Of a stretch of 64,000 nt of DNA, positions 1 to 9,780 are shown piece by piece; positions within the stretch are counted from its first letter, which is position 1, and every line of letters starts with the position of its first letter. Made by a program: the position numbers and the translations under genes. The stretch is from NCBI GenBank assembly GCA_965238045.1, contig CBDEGU010000011.1:203555-267554 (forward strand), written 5' to 3'. Source of the stretch: Bryobacterales bacterium (lineage in GTDB: Bacteria > Acidobacteriota > Terriglobia > Bryobacterales > UBA6623). Under the pieces are notes generated by a model, which saw only the letters and a list, made by a program, of their open reading frames with translations, had not been told where the DNA came from and ran no database searches.

Positions 1-1
1 C

Positions 2-1684
2 GGCTGTTGCGGCTTCGGCGCATCGGAGGTCAACAACATCTGGGACGAGTCGCGCATGGTCGCCGATCACGTCTCGTTCATCAAGGGTGACCACAACGTC
101 AAGATGGGCATGGAGTTAAACTTCGTGCGCACCGCTCGCCGCACGATCCGCTTCACCAACGGCAGTTTTTCGTTCAACGGCGTGCACTCCGGTGTGGGGT
201 TCGCCGACTTTCTGCTGGACCACCCGCAGCTCATTCGTCTGGGAAACATCCCCGGCGAGTCTTCCGGAACCTTTCCGGACATGTATTATTGGCGCTTTCA
301 CCCCTATATCCAGGACGAATGGAAACTCACGCCGAACCTCACCTTGAACATCGGGGTTCGCTGGGAGTACAACTCGCCGTTCCGGGATCATCGAGGCGAA
401 TCGCGGAACTTGGACCTAGGTACGGGGCAGTTGTTCCCGGCGCCGGGCATGACGGCTGACCTGAACACGGTCGGCAAGAACAACTGGGCGCCTCGTTTCG
501 GCATCGCCTGGCGGCCGTTCGGTGGAACCGATTTCGTCGTCCGGACCGGCTACGGGATCTTCTACAACGTCAACATGATCAACAACTTCGTCCCGATCCT
601 GGCGGCCAACCCGCCGGGGTCGCTGCGCATCGAGGAGACCAGCCTAGCGCGGAGACCGATTATCACGATGGCGACTGCCGACCAGGCGCAAAGCTTAATC
701 GCTGTATCGAGCGTCAGCGGCGCGGCGACGGACCACACCATCGGGTTCGTCCAGCAGTGGAACTTCAACATCCAGAAGTCGTTGCCATGGGATTTGGTGG
801 CCGAGGTCGGCTACAGCGGTTCGAAGTCAGATCACTTCGACATGCCGGCCGAGTACAACGCCTTCCTGCTGCCTACCATCGGCACCGCCAACCCGATTCG
901 CCGCTACCAGAACCTCTCGAGCGTCGAGATCCACGACAACGCCGCTTCGGGCAACTACCACGCGCTGCTGACGAAACTCGAGAGGCGGTTCAGCGGTGGG
1001 CTGACCTTCCTGCAGACCTACACCTGGGCCTATGCGATGTTCGACTTCCGTGCCTGCTGCGGCGCTGAGCGGCCCAACAATCCGCACGATCGCCGGACGG
1101 CCGCGCGCGGCCGAGCTGATTTCGATATCACCCACCGAACGACGACTGCTTTCCTGTGGGAGCTGCCCTTTGGCAGGAGCATGACGGGTGCCGCCAAGCA
1201 CATCGTCGGCGGCTGGCAGGTCAACGGCGTCTTGGTCCTGGCCACCGGCTTGCCGATTCATCCAACCCAGGGGCGAACCGATCCGACGCCCGGCGACGGC
1301 TGCCCGCGCTGTAGTCGCCGGCCCAACCGCATCGCCGACGGCAACCTGTCCGGCAGCCAGCGGACACTGGACCGCTGGTTCGACACGGACGCCTTCGTCT
1401 TTGCGAGTCCGACGAACCAGAAACTACTGGGTCTCGGTCTTTACGGGAACTCGGGAAGGAGCATTCTCGAGGAACCCGGACGGACGAGCCTGGACTTCTC
1501 GATCTTCAAGAACTTCCTGATCACGGAGCGTCATACAATCCAGTTCCGCTGGGAGATGTACAACGCGACGAACACGCCACCGTTCCGGACTCCGACGACG
1601 AACATCCAGTCCGGGAACTTCGGCCGCGTCACGAGGGCCCTATCAGGCCGCGAAATGCAGCTCGGCTTGCGGTGGCAGTTCTAA
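2..1684 (+). CDS. TonB-dependent outer-membrane receptor, C-terminal beta-barrel part (5' end outside the window)
   Basis: The frame is open from nt 2, with no stop before the first Met at 56. The protein has the Gly/Asn/Tyr/Phe-rich alternating pattern of OM barrels. It ends ...REMQLGLRWQF, with the terminal aromatic Phe typical of TonB-dependent receptors. TAA stop. Confidence 0.8.
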   Translation, partial: GCCGFGASEVNNIWDESRMVADHVSFIKGDHNVKMGMELNFVRTARRTIRFTNGSFSFNGVHSGVGFADFLLDHPQLIRLGNIPGESSGTFPDMYYWRFHPYIQDEWKLTPNLTLNIGVRWEYNSPFRDHRGESRNLDLGTGQLFPAPGMTADLNTVGKNNWAPRFGIAWRPFGGTDFVVRTGYGIFYNVNMINNFVPILAANPPGSLRIEETSLARRPIITMATADQAQSLIAVSSVSGAATDHTIGFVQQWNFNIQKSLPWDLVAEVGYSGSKSDHFDMPAEYNAFLLPTIGTANPIRRYQNLSSVEIHDNAASGNYHALLTKLERRFSGGLTFLQTYTWAYAMFDFRACCGAERPNNPHDRRTAARGRADFDITHRTTTAFLWELPFGRSMTGAAKHIVGGWQVNGVLVLATGLPIHPTQGRTDPTPGDGCPRCSRRPNRIADGNLSGSQRTLDRWFDTDAFVFASPTNQKLLGLGLYGNSGRSILEEPGRTSLDFSIFKNFLITERHTIQFRWEMYNATNTPPFRTPTTNIQSGNFGRVTRALSGREMQLGLRWQF

Positions 1685-1834
1685 GCCCCCAATTCGATTG
1701 ACCTAAACTCAAACCCGCCGGGCGTTCCGCAAGATTTCGCGGGCGTCCGGCGTTCCTGCCTTAGCTATGCTGTGGCTGCATGGGCCCAGAGTCTTCTTGC
1801 GAGGTCGCGGATGGCGGATAGAGAGACAAACGGG

Positions 1835-3061
1835 ATGAATCCTTGGCACTGGACGCGGCGCGGCTTGATCGCCGCTCTCAGCGGTCTGGCCACGACAGCA
1901 AGCGCCGCCGCGTCGAAATTGCAGGACCCCTCGAAACCTTGGGGGCACGACAGTATTTACACGAGACTGTTCGGTATGCGCCCTTTCCTGAGTTGCCGTG
2001 CGCACACAACGGTCGTGGGCGGCTCGCGCATGCCCGCGGAGGTCCTTCGGGCGATGGCCGAGGCCAACGACTACTTTGTGGACATGCACGAGTTGAACAA
2101 GGCCGCGGGCGATCGGATCGCCGAGGTGACCGGCGCCGAAGCCGGGCTGGTGACGGCAGGTTCGTTTTCGGCGATGGTGCTCGCCTCGGCCGCTTGCCTG
2201 AGCGGCACCGATCCGGAGAAAATCAACGCTCTGCCCCATCCAACATGGAAGAAACGCGAATGCCTCATACACAAAGGCCATCGCCTCGTCTACGACCGCG
2301 CCTTTCGCGCGGGCGGCGCGACCATTGTCGAGGCGGAGAGCACCGAGGAACTCATCGGCAAGATCACCGGCCGGACCGCGTTCATCGCCGTTCTGGCCAG
2401 TGTCGAGAGACGGTCGAACCGGGCCCGCGCTCTGCCGATGCCCGCGGAACTGGTGGCCATCGGGAAGAGACACGGCGTTCCGGTCGTGATCGACGCCGCT
2501 TCGGAACTCCCGCCGGCCGGCAGCCTCACCCGCTACGTCAAGATGGGCGCCGACCTGGTGGTCATTAGCGGCGGCAAGGGACTTCGCGGACCGCAGTCGA
2601 CCGGCATCCTCGCCGGACGCAAGGATCTGATCGCGGCCGCCACGCTCAATCATTCCCCCAACACCTCGATCGGCCGGGGCATGAAGGTCGGCAAGGAAGA
2701 GATCGTTGGCCTGATCGTCGCTCTGAATCGCTATGGGGAACTGGATCACCGGGCGGTTTTTGAAACTTGGAACAAAAAGGCGCAATGGGTCGCGGGTCAG
2801 TTGCACGGCCTGGCCGGATTACAAGTCACCTACCGCGTGAACGCCTACGGCTTCGGCGAAGTGCGCTTCGAGTGGGACCAGAAGATCATCCCGCTGACGC
2901 CTGACCAGGTCCGGGAGAAGCTCAAGGCCGGGGAACCCCGGATCGTCTATTACGACGACGACCGGGGCGGCACGATTCAAACGCGCACGATGCGCGACGG
3001 CGAGGAGATTTTCGCCGTTCGCCGTTTGCGGGAGTTCTTTCGCGCGGAGGTGCGGGCCTAA
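1835..3061 (+). CDS. SelA-like (L-seryl-tRNA selenium transferase-related / DgaE-like) PLP-dependent enzyme with Tat-type signal
   Basis: The ORF track gives 1772-3061. I prefer ATG 1835, which gives MNPWHWTRRGLIAALSGLATTASAAAS (twin-arginine motif plus an A-rich h-region). VISGGKGLRGPQSTGILAGR matches the SelA-family PLP-lysine region. It is a paralog of the next gene. Confidence 0.7.
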   Translation: MNPWHWTRRGLIAALSGLATTASAAASKLQDPSKPWGHDSIYTRLFGMRPFLSCRAHTTVVGGSRMPAEVLRAMAEANDYFVDMHELNKAAGDRIAEVTGAEAGLVTAGSFSAMVLASAACLSGTDPEKINALPHPTWKKRECLIHKGHRLVYDRAFRAGGATIVEAESTEELIGKITGRTAFIAVLASVERRSNRARALPMPAELVAIGKRHGVPVVIDAASELPPAGSLTRYVKMGADLVVISGGKGLRGPQSTGILAGRKDLIAAATLNHSPNTSIGRGMKVGKEEIVGLIVALNRYGELDHRAVFETWNKKAQWVAGQLHGLAGLQVTYRVNAYGFGEVRFEWDQKIIPLTPDQVREKLKAGEPRIVYYDDDRGGTIQTRTMRDGEEIFAVRRLREFFRAEVRA

Positions 3062-3144
3062 CAGCCAAAGCCGGCCGCTCGGAGTACCATCGGGATCCAT
3101 TCCCCAAGACGAGAACACTTCCAAGAGACACCAGCGAGGCTGAT

Positions 3145-4407
3145 ATGCAAAACCAGAGAGTTCACTCACCCAGCGCGCCTCTGTTTCAACTTACGCGGCG
3201 CAGCCTGATCGCGGCCTTGAGCGGCATCGCCTCGGCCTGTGGCACCGCCGCCTCGCGGCTGGAGGAAGGCGCCCAACCCTGGGGCCACGACAGTATTTAC
3301 ACACGCTGGCTCGATCTGCGCCCCTTCCTCAGTGGTCAGGGTCACAACACGGTCATCGGCGGCTCGCGCATGCCGGCCGAGGTCATGCGGGCGATGGTTG
3401 AGGCGAGCGACTACTTCGTGGACCTGCACGCGCTCAACAAGGCCGCCGGCGATTACGTCGCCTCGGTGATGGAAGCCGAAGCCGCGCTTGTCAGCGCTGG
3501 ATCTTTTTCCGCGATGCTTCTCGGCGCCGCCGGTTGCCTGACCGGAACCGATCCGGAGAGGATCGAAGCTCTGCCTCATCCCACCTGGGAGAAGGTCGAA
3601 TGTCTGACACAGACCCAGCACCGCTTCAACTACGATCGCGCCTATCGGGCCGCTGGCATGAAAATCGTCGAGGCTGACACGAAGCAGGGGCTGATCGGCA
3701 AGATCAGCGAGAAGACCGCCATGATCTCGGTGCTGGCGCGGGTCTACCGGCAGAAGAACAACCCTCCGGGCACGCTCATGCCCGAGGAACTGATCGAAAT
3801 CGGCAAGAAGCACGGTGTTCCGGTACTCGTGGACGCCGCCTCGGAGCTGCCGCCGGCTGACATCATGACCCGCTACACCAAGGCCGGAGCGGACTTAGTC
3901 GTCATCAGCGGCGGCAAGGGTCTGCGCGGGCCGCAGTCCTCGGGGATTCTCGCGGGCCGCCGCGACTTGATCGAAGCGGCGACGCTCAACCACTCGCCCT
4001 ACAAAGCCGTCGGCAGGGGCATGAAAGTCGGCAAGGAAGAAATCATGGGCCTGGTGGCCGCCGTTCGCCGTTACGCGGCTCTCGATCACGACGCGGTCGC
4101 CGAGGGCTGGAACAAGAAGGCTCAGTACATCGCCGATGAACTCAACAAGGTTCCCAGCATGAAGGCCGAATGCAAGGGCAACACGCAAGGCTACAACAAT
4201 GTGTCTTTCCGTTGGGACAAGGTCGTGATACCCTGGTCGGCCGGCGAGTTGTCGAAAGAGCTGCGCGCCGGCGAGCCGCGAATTCTCATCGGCGGCGGCG
4301 GCGACCAGCCCAGTTCCGGACTCACGACGCAGTGCATGCGTGACGGCGACGAAATCTTCGCCGTGCGCGGGATCGTCAAGCTGCTGCTCTCACGCCTCAA
4401 GAGCTAG
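3145..4407 (+). CDS. SelA-like PLP-dependent enzyme with Tat-type signal (tandem paralog)
   Basis: The N-terminus ...FQLTRRSLIAALSGIASACGTAAS is Tat-like. Long blocks are shared with the upstream gene (PWGHDSIYTR, GGSRMPAEV, VISGGKGLRGPQSSGILAGRRDLIEAATLNHSP). TAG stop. Confidence 0.7.
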   Translation: MQNQRVHSPSAPLFQLTRRSLIAALSGIASACGTAASRLEEGAQPWGHDSIYTRWLDLRPFLSGQGHNTVIGGSRMPAEVMRAMVEASDYFVDLHALNKAAGDYVASVMEAEAALVSAGSFSAMLLGAAGCLTGTDPERIEALPHPTWEKVECLTQTQHRFNYDRAYRAAGMKIVEADTKQGLIGKISEKTAMISVLARVYRQKNNPPGTLMPEELIEIGKKHGVPVLVDAASELPPADIMTRYTKAGADLVVISGGKGLRGPQSSGILAGRRDLIEAATLNHSPYKAVGRGMKVGKEEIMGLVAAVRRYAALDHDAVAEGWNKKAQYIADELNKVPSMKAECKGNTQGYNNVSFRWDKVVIPWSAGELSKELRAGEPRILIGGGGDQPSSGLTTQCMRDGDEIFAVRGIVKLLLSRLKS

Positions 4408-4439
4408 ATCGCGGACTTCTGCGAAAGCCCCGCGCGCTT

Positions 4440-5411
4440 CTACCAGGGTTTCGGCCGTTTCGTGAAACGGCGTCCTTGCTCGACGATCGCCCGGCTGCTG
4501 GCGGCGCCGATCATCACGCCTTCGCGCAAGCGGTCCTCCACGTTGTACTCCTTGACCACATCCAGGAAAGCAATGCCAGCCGCCTTGCACGAAGCCAGCA
4601 CGCGTGCTCTCGCCTTTTGCAACTCTTCCGGGTAGGGCGGGTCGTGCAGTTCAGGATAGCCGAACGACAGCCCCATGTCGCCCGGACCCCACTCCGCATA
4701 GGAGATGCCTGAGACCTTGGTTGTCTGTTCGGAGACTTCGAGCGCGAAGCGGTCCTCGATCTTCAGGCCCAGCATCAGCTCACCCTCGGGGCTGAGCTTC
4801 CAGGGGTCGGCCTTCCTAATATAGTCGCCCGGCGAGAGGCCCCAGATGCGCGAGGCGTTGAGCTGTCCGCCATTGCCGCGCATTCCTTCGCCAAGCTCGC
4901 CCGGACCCACATGGTCCCGGCGATGAGCGAACCTCGTGGCCTCGACAAATGCCCGCACCGCCGCTACGCTCCGTGCGTGGTTCAGCGTCACGCCATGAAC
5001 GCCGGTGGCCAGCACCTGCTGGATCACCCAGTGATTCGCGCGCACCGTCGCTTCGTCGTATCCCCCGATCGGCAGCACCACTTGCACGGCGGGCGTGCGG
5101 TGTCCGGTGGTGGTGGGTCCGCCAACGACCAGGCCGGCCATGAACCCGCGCAGCTCGGTCACGTCGTAGGCGCCAAATTCCATCTCATAGATGATGAAGT
5201 CGGCCCAGGTTTTCGCCAGCGCCAAGCCTTCCTTGTATCCACCCTGGCTGCCTCCGCGTCCTTCGGTGAAATAATAAACCGGCTGGCCCTGCTCGAGCAG
5301 TTCGATCGCCCGGTTGACGCGTTGGGCCTTCGGCGCCGAGTGCGCGCCGCCGGGCACGCTCCATCCATAGACAATCACAGCAACGGGAATAAGCCAAAAC
5401 AATCTTTTCAT
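4440..5411 (-). CDS. HpcH/HpaI-like aldolase-fold protein with Sec-type signal peptide
   Basis: I prefer ATG 5411 (MKRLFWLIPVAVIVYGWSVPGGAHSAP), which has GAGAGG 5 nt upstream. Blocks LATGVHGVTLNHARS, LKIEDRFALE and WGPGDMGLSFG follow the order of HpcH/HpaI (PEP/pyruvate TIM-barrel) motifs. The family call is from memory of motif order only. Confidence 0.55.
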   Translation of the reverse strand: MKRLFWLIPVAVIVYGWSVPGGAHSAPKAQRVNRAIELLEQGQPVYYFTEGRGGSQGGYKEGLALAKTWADFIIYEMEFGAYDVTELRGFMAGLVVGGPTTTGHRTPAVQVVLPIGGYDEATVRANHWVIQQVLATGVHGVTLNHARSVAAVRAFVEATRFAHRRDHVGPGELGEGMRGNGGQLNASRIWGLSPGDYIRKADPWKLSPEGELMLGLKIEDRFALEVSEQTTKVSGISYAEWGPGDMGLSFGYPELHDPPYPEELQKARARVLASCKAAGIAFLDVVKEYNVEDRLREGVMIGAASSRAIVEQGRRFTKRPKPW

Positions 5412-5538
5412 GGGAACCTCTCGCGAGCCAGCACAGTCAGGACAAGACAACTAGAGTAGCGAAAAAATACCCAGCGTGCGCCGGACCGCGGAGAGACTCA
5501 CCCGCCCGCCCGGATTTTCTGGCAGAATCGAAGAACGC

Positions 5539-7527
5539 ATGCGACGAGTTCTTCTCTCCCTGGCCATCCTCGCCGGCTTCGCCGTCCTGCCCTGGGCGCA
5601 GCGGAAGCCAGAAGCGCCCTATCGTCCGTCCGCCGCCGAACGACGGCAACTTCAGTCCGCCAGCGCCGAACTCGCCGCAAGCATCGCCAAGTTGCGGGCA
5701 AAAGGCGTCTCCCCGGACCTCCTCGCCGAGGTCGAGATCCATCACAAGGCGGCGGAATGGATTCTCCGCTATCAAGAAGAGTTCTACCGCCGCCAGTACG
5801 TCCAGTATGCCTTGGACGCCCTAGCCATTGGCGCGGAGCGCGCTCGTTTGCTTGCGGCGGGCAGTCATCCATGGACGGCCCAAACGGGGCGCCTCGTCCG
5901 CGCCTACCGTTCGCGGGTCGACGGCAGCACGCAGCCCTACGCGCTGGTCATTCCCGATTCTTATGACGGCTCCAAGCCCGTGCGTCTCGACGTCGTGCTT
6001 CATGGACGCAATGGCCGCCTCAACGAGGCCTGGTTCATCGCCACCCATGAGTCGGACGATGCCGTCCCGGCATTGCGGAACTTCATCCAGCTCGAGGTTT
6101 TCGGCCGCACGAACAACGCCTATCGCTGGTCGGGCGAAACCGATGTTCACGAAGCGATCGCGGCCGTCCGGGCCGCTTACAACATCGATCCCGATCGCGT
6201 CGTTCTGCGAGGTTTTTCGATGGGCGGCGCCGGCGCCTGGCACTTGGGCCTGCACTATCCCGATCGCTGGGCGGCGATCGAGGCGGGCGCCGGTTTCACC
6301 GAAACCATTCGCTACGCGAAGTTGCCAAACCTGCCCGCGCATCAGCGAGACGCCCTGCATATCTACGACGCGGCCGATTATGCGCTCAACGCCGTGAACC
6401 TTGCCGTGGTGGGCTACGGCGGCGAGGACGACGCTCAGCTCCAGGCCGCCGTCAACATTCGCGAAGCGCTGAGAGGCGAAGGTTTTCGCTTCGACCCCGA
6501 CGGCCTCAACTGGAAGACGGCCGATCTGCGCGCTCTATTTCTGGTCGGCCCCAAGACCGGGCACAAGTTTCATCCCGCAAGTAAGGCCGCCTCGAACCGC
6601 TTTATTGATGAGGCCGTCGGGCGGGGCCGCCGCGCGCCCGATCACATCCGTTTCGTTACCTACACGACCCGCTACCCGAAATGTTTCTGGGTGACCATCG
6701 ACGGCTTGAAAAAACACTACCGGCGGGCCGAGGTTGACGCCGTTCGAAAGCTCAGCGGCGGGCTGGCGGCGAAGGTAACCGCAAAGACCAAGAATGTCCG
6801 GCGGCTCATTCTCAGCGATCTTTTGGAAGACGCCGAAGTGAGTCTCGATGGACAAATCATCGGAGCTCCCGCCGAACTGCTGGGCAGCCCCGTCGCGCTG
6901 GTTTTCGAGAAAACCGCCGGCCGCTGGCGCGCTCTGGGTCCGCCCGATGAGGTGCCCGAAACCGGGCTGCGCAAGAAGCCCGGTCTGCAGGGGCCGATCG
7001 ATGATGCTTTTCGGGACGCGTTTCTGGCCGTCCGGCCAACCGGCCAGCCGCTCAATGAAGCGCCCCACGACGAGGCGCTCGCGATCGCGGATCTCTTCGC
7101 GAAGGAATATCCCAAGTGGCTGCGCGCCGATGTTCCCGCCAGGCAAGACAGCCAGGTAACCCCCGCCGACATCGACAGCCGCCATCTGGTGCTCTTTGGC
7201 GATCCAGGCAGCAATAGCGTCTTGGCCCAAATCGCTTCGCGGTTGCCGATCCGCTGGAACCGGGAAAGCATCACCGTCGGTGAGCGGCATTACAGCGCCG
7301 ATCAGCACCTGCTGGTGATGATCTATCCCAACCCGCTCAACCCAGAGCGTTACGTCGTCATCAACAGCGGACACACCTTCCACGAGGCCGAGTTTCGGGG
7401 CACCAACGCTTATCTCTTTCCGCGTCTGGGCGACTTCGCTATTCTCCGTCTGCCGGAGACCGGCGGAGAGCCGGAAACCGTGCAGGCCGGATTCTTCGAC
7501 GAGGACTGGAAGTTGCCCGCTCAGTAG
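5539..7527 (+). CDS. secreted alpha/beta-hydrolase (serine peptidase/esterase-like)
   Basis: I prefer ATG 5539 (MRRVLLSLAILAGFAVLPWAQ signal peptide). It has the nucleophile elbow GFSMGGAGAW (GxSxG). A long C-terminal extension has unknown function. Confidence 0.65.
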   Translation: MRRVLLSLAILAGFAVLPWAQRKPEAPYRPSAAERRQLQSASAELAASIAKLRAKGVSPDLLAEVEIHHKAAEWILRYQEEFYRRQYVQYALDALAIGAERARLLAAGSHPWTAQTGRLVRAYRSRVDGSTQPYALVIPDSYDGSKPVRLDVVLHGRNGRLNEAWFIATHESDDAVPALRNFIQLEVFGRTNNAYRWSGETDVHEAIAAVRAAYNIDPDRVVLRGFSMGGAGAWHLGLHYPDRWAAIEAGAGFTETIRYAKLPNLPAHQRDALHIYDAADYALNAVNLAVVGYGGEDDAQLQAAVNIREALRGEGFRFDPDGLNWKTADLRALFLVGPKTGHKFHPASKAASNRFIDEAVGRGRRAPDHIRFVTYTTRYPKCFWVTIDGLKKHYRRAEVDAVRKLSGGLAAKVTAKTKNVRRLILSDLLEDAEVSLDGQIIGAPAELLGSPVALVFEKTAGRWRALGPPDEVPETGLRKKPGLQGPIDDAFRDAFLAVRPTGQPLNEAPHDEALAIADLFAKEYPKWLRADVPARQDSQVTPADIDSRHLVLFGDPGSNSVLAQIASRLPIRWNRESITVGERHYSADQHLLVMIYPNPLNPERYVVINSGHTFHEAEFRGTNAYLFPRLGDFAILRLPETGGEPETVQAGFFDEDWKLPAQ

Positions 7528-7619
7528 AAGGCGCCCCGTCTTGTGCCGGAACCCCATCCTGTGCCTTAACGTAGTAACCTGGTATCTTCTCGCAACCCGC
7601 CAGACCAGGAGCCGGACCC

Positions 7620-8222
7620 ATGAACCTCGAAGCCCGTTTGCAGGAACCGATCACACGCTGGAATCTGCTCGACAGTAAGTTCTATCAAGCTTGGAGCGAA
7701 GGTACGCTGCCCGTCGAGGCCCTGCGAACCTATGCCGCCGAATATGGCGCCTTCATCTCTCTGGTCCCCGATGGATGGCAGCGCCATGGCGACACCGAGA
7801 CCGCCGCGGTTGAGCGCGATCACATCGGCATGTGGAACGACTTCGCCGGAGCGCTCGGCACCCGTATCGGAAGCGCGCAAACCTCGGCCGTGCAGGATCT
7901 GATCAAAACGGCTCGCTCGCTGTTCGCCGAACCGGCCTCTTCGCTCGGCGCTCTCTACGCTTTCGAGGCGCAGCAGCCCCATACCGCCCGCACCAAGCTC
8001 GAGGGCCTTCGAGCCCATTACGACCTGGCACCGGCGGCGCAGACCTATTTCGCGGTCCATGCCGATGACGAGGACGAACCGCGCATGCTTCTCGATCGCA
8101 TGTCGCATCTTGCGCCCGAAGATCAGCAGACCGCCATCAACGCCTGCGAGCAGACCTGCCGCGCCCTGCGCGCCGCGCTCGACGGCTTGTATGACGAGCA
8201 CGTTGCGAGCTGCGTCAACTAA
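7620..8222 (+). CDS. heme-oxygenase-like fold protein (TenA/PqqC/CADD family)
   Basis: The N-terminal block NLLDSKFYQAWSEGTLPVEALRTYAAEYGAFISLVP is typical of the TenA/PqqC-like family. AGGAG lies 9 nt upstream of the ATG. Confidence 0.55.
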   Translation: MNLEARLQEPITRWNLLDSKFYQAWSEGTLPVEALRTYAAEYGAFISLVPDGWQRHGDTETAAVERDHIGMWNDFAGALGTRIGSAQTSAVQDLIKTARSLFAEPASSLGALYAFEAQQPHTARTKLEGLRAHYDLAPAAQTYFAVHADDEDEPRMLLDRMSHLAPEDQQTAINACEQTCRALRAALDGLYDEHVASCVN

Positions 8223-8315
8223 GCGGCGCTTGCGCCGTTTCCGTTAGGCGCGAACCTTTCAAACAGGGGCGGCTCTCTTGAGATCGCCCCGGTCAGCTTC
8301 CGCTCAAGGCAACCC

Positions 8316-9365
8316 ATGCCCACTTTCCATACCGCTGAACTCACCTCGGCGGCGCGTTCCATCTTCACCGCCGCCGGGGCGCGCGACGATGACGCCCAAA
8401 TCGTGGCCAGCGCCCTGGTCGAGGCCAATCTCGCCGGTCACGACTCCCACGGCGTGATGCGCATCCCGAGCTATGTCCGCTGGATGGAAAAGAAGCTCAT
8501 CAATCTCTCCGCCGAGTTCAAAATCGTCATCGACGCCGAGGCGCTGGCCGTTGTCGACGGTGACTGGGGATTTGGCCAGGTCATGGGACGCAAGGCCATG
8601 GAGCTGGGCATCGAGAAAGCCTCGAAGGCAGGAGCGGCGACCATTTCGGCCCGCAACTGCGCCCATATCGGCCGTGTCGGCGACTACCCCATCATGGCGG
8701 CCGAGGCGGGCATGGTCTCGATCATGTTCGTCAATACGCACGGGGCCGGCCGCCTGGTCGCGCCCTTTGGCGGCATCGAGCGGCGCTTGTCCGCCAACCC
8801 CATCGCCGTTGGCATTCCGCGCCCCGAAGGCGGACCGATCGTGGTCGATGTCTCGACCTGCGTCCTCGCCGAGGGCAAGCTGCGCAACTTTCGCACCGCC
8901 GGCGAGCCGGTGCCGGAAGGCGCTATCATTGACGCCAAGGGCCGTCCCACAACCGACGCCAACGATTTCTACGGACCGCCCAAAGGGGCCATCCTGCCCG
9001 TGGGCGCGCACAAGGGATTCGCTCTCGGGCTGGCGGCCGACATCTTGGCCGGCGCTCTCTCGGGCGCGGGTTGCGCCCGGCCTGGTGCCGAACGCATCGG
9101 CAATTCTTTTCTCGTTACGATCATCGACATCAGCCGCTTCCGCGACCGCTCCGATTTTGACCGCGACGTGCTCAACCTCGTCGGCTTCGTCAAGAGCAGC
9201 AAGCTCGCCGGCGGTTTTTCGGAAATTCTCGTGGCCGGCGAACCCGAGGCGCGCACCAAAGAGCAGCGCGAGAGAGATGGCGTCACGGTCCATCCCGACA
9301 CCTGGCAAAACATCGTCAGCACTGGCAAGAAGTACGGTGTCAATCTCTCGGCCATAGGCTCGTAG
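8316..9365 (+). CDS. Ldh_2 family (malate/L-lactate/sulfolactate-type) NAD(P)H oxidoreductase
   Basis: LAGHDSHGVMRIPSYVRW, the NPIAVGIP block and HKGFALGLAADILAGALSG are characteristic Ldh_2 family motifs. Confidence 0.75.
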   Translation: MPTFHTAELTSAARSIFTAAGARDDDAQIVASALVEANLAGHDSHGVMRIPSYVRWMEKKLINLSAEFKIVIDAEALAVVDGDWGFGQVMGRKAMELGIEKASKAGAATISARNCAHIGRVGDYPIMAAEAGMVSIMFVNTHGAGRLVAPFGGIERRLSANPIAVGIPRPEGGPIVVDVSTCVLAEGKLRNFRTAGEPVPEGAIIDAKGRPTTDANDFYGPPKGAILPVGAHKGFALGLAADILAGALSGAGCARPGAERIGNSFLVTIIDISRFRDRSDFDRDVLNLVGFVKSSKLAGGFSEILVAGEPEARTKEQRERDGVTVHPDTWQNIVSTGKKYGVNLSAIGS

Positions 9366-9374
9366 CACGGGCTG

Positions 9375-9639
9375 CTAGAGCATTTTCAGGAATGACATAG
9401 ACAACCCATGAGGGCTGCTAGATCGCTACCAAGAACGGCTGTAGCCCCAAATCACCCCCAAACCGAGCCGCGCACGTCAGTAAGCGGTCCCGCCACAAAA
9501 CCACGACCATAGCCCCAGCCAGAAATCACAGGGAAAGTCAGCCACCGGCCACGACTTTCTCAATGGCCCCGCATCGGCGCTTCCGCCACGGCGAAGGCAT
9601 CTTCGGATACGGGCTATACCGTCGCTGAAAATGCTCTAG
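9375..9639. repeat. composite hairpin repeat: type-1 element (CTAGAGCATTTTCA...TGAAAATGCTCTAG) interrupted by a type-2 repeat
   Basis: The termini are exact reverse complements. Its left half (9375-9418) and right half (9561-9639) match the intact copy at 17133-17248. The inner ~140 bp matches 17245-17418. Confidence 0.8.
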
Positions 9640-9730
9640 CCGCTCGATCCCCGCCAGTCTCCCGCGTGCCCTCCTGGATCTCCCCGCCGACCGGCAGCGC
9701 CCGGCAGCCCTTCACGGAAACGCTCAGGTC

Positions 9731-9759
9731 TTGGCAACAGCCCCAGCACTGTCTACAAT
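9731..9759 (+). promoter_or_regulatory. candidate sigma70-type promoter of the NACHT gene
   Basis: TTGGCA (9731-9736), a 17-nt spacer, then TACAAT (9754-9759). It lies 21 nt upstream of ATG 9781, with GAAAGG between them. Confidence 0.45.
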
Positions 9760-9780
9760 TGAAAGGCCCGTCTTCACGAA

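Noticed and set aside
1709-2806. A 365-aa minus-strand ORF. There are similar long antisense ORFs at 6535-7557, 8304-9368, 14122-15108, 54169-55218 and 57678-58895.
   Set aside because: All of them mirror strongly supported genes on the other strand and have low-complexity Arg/Gly-rich composition. No RBS or motif support was found.
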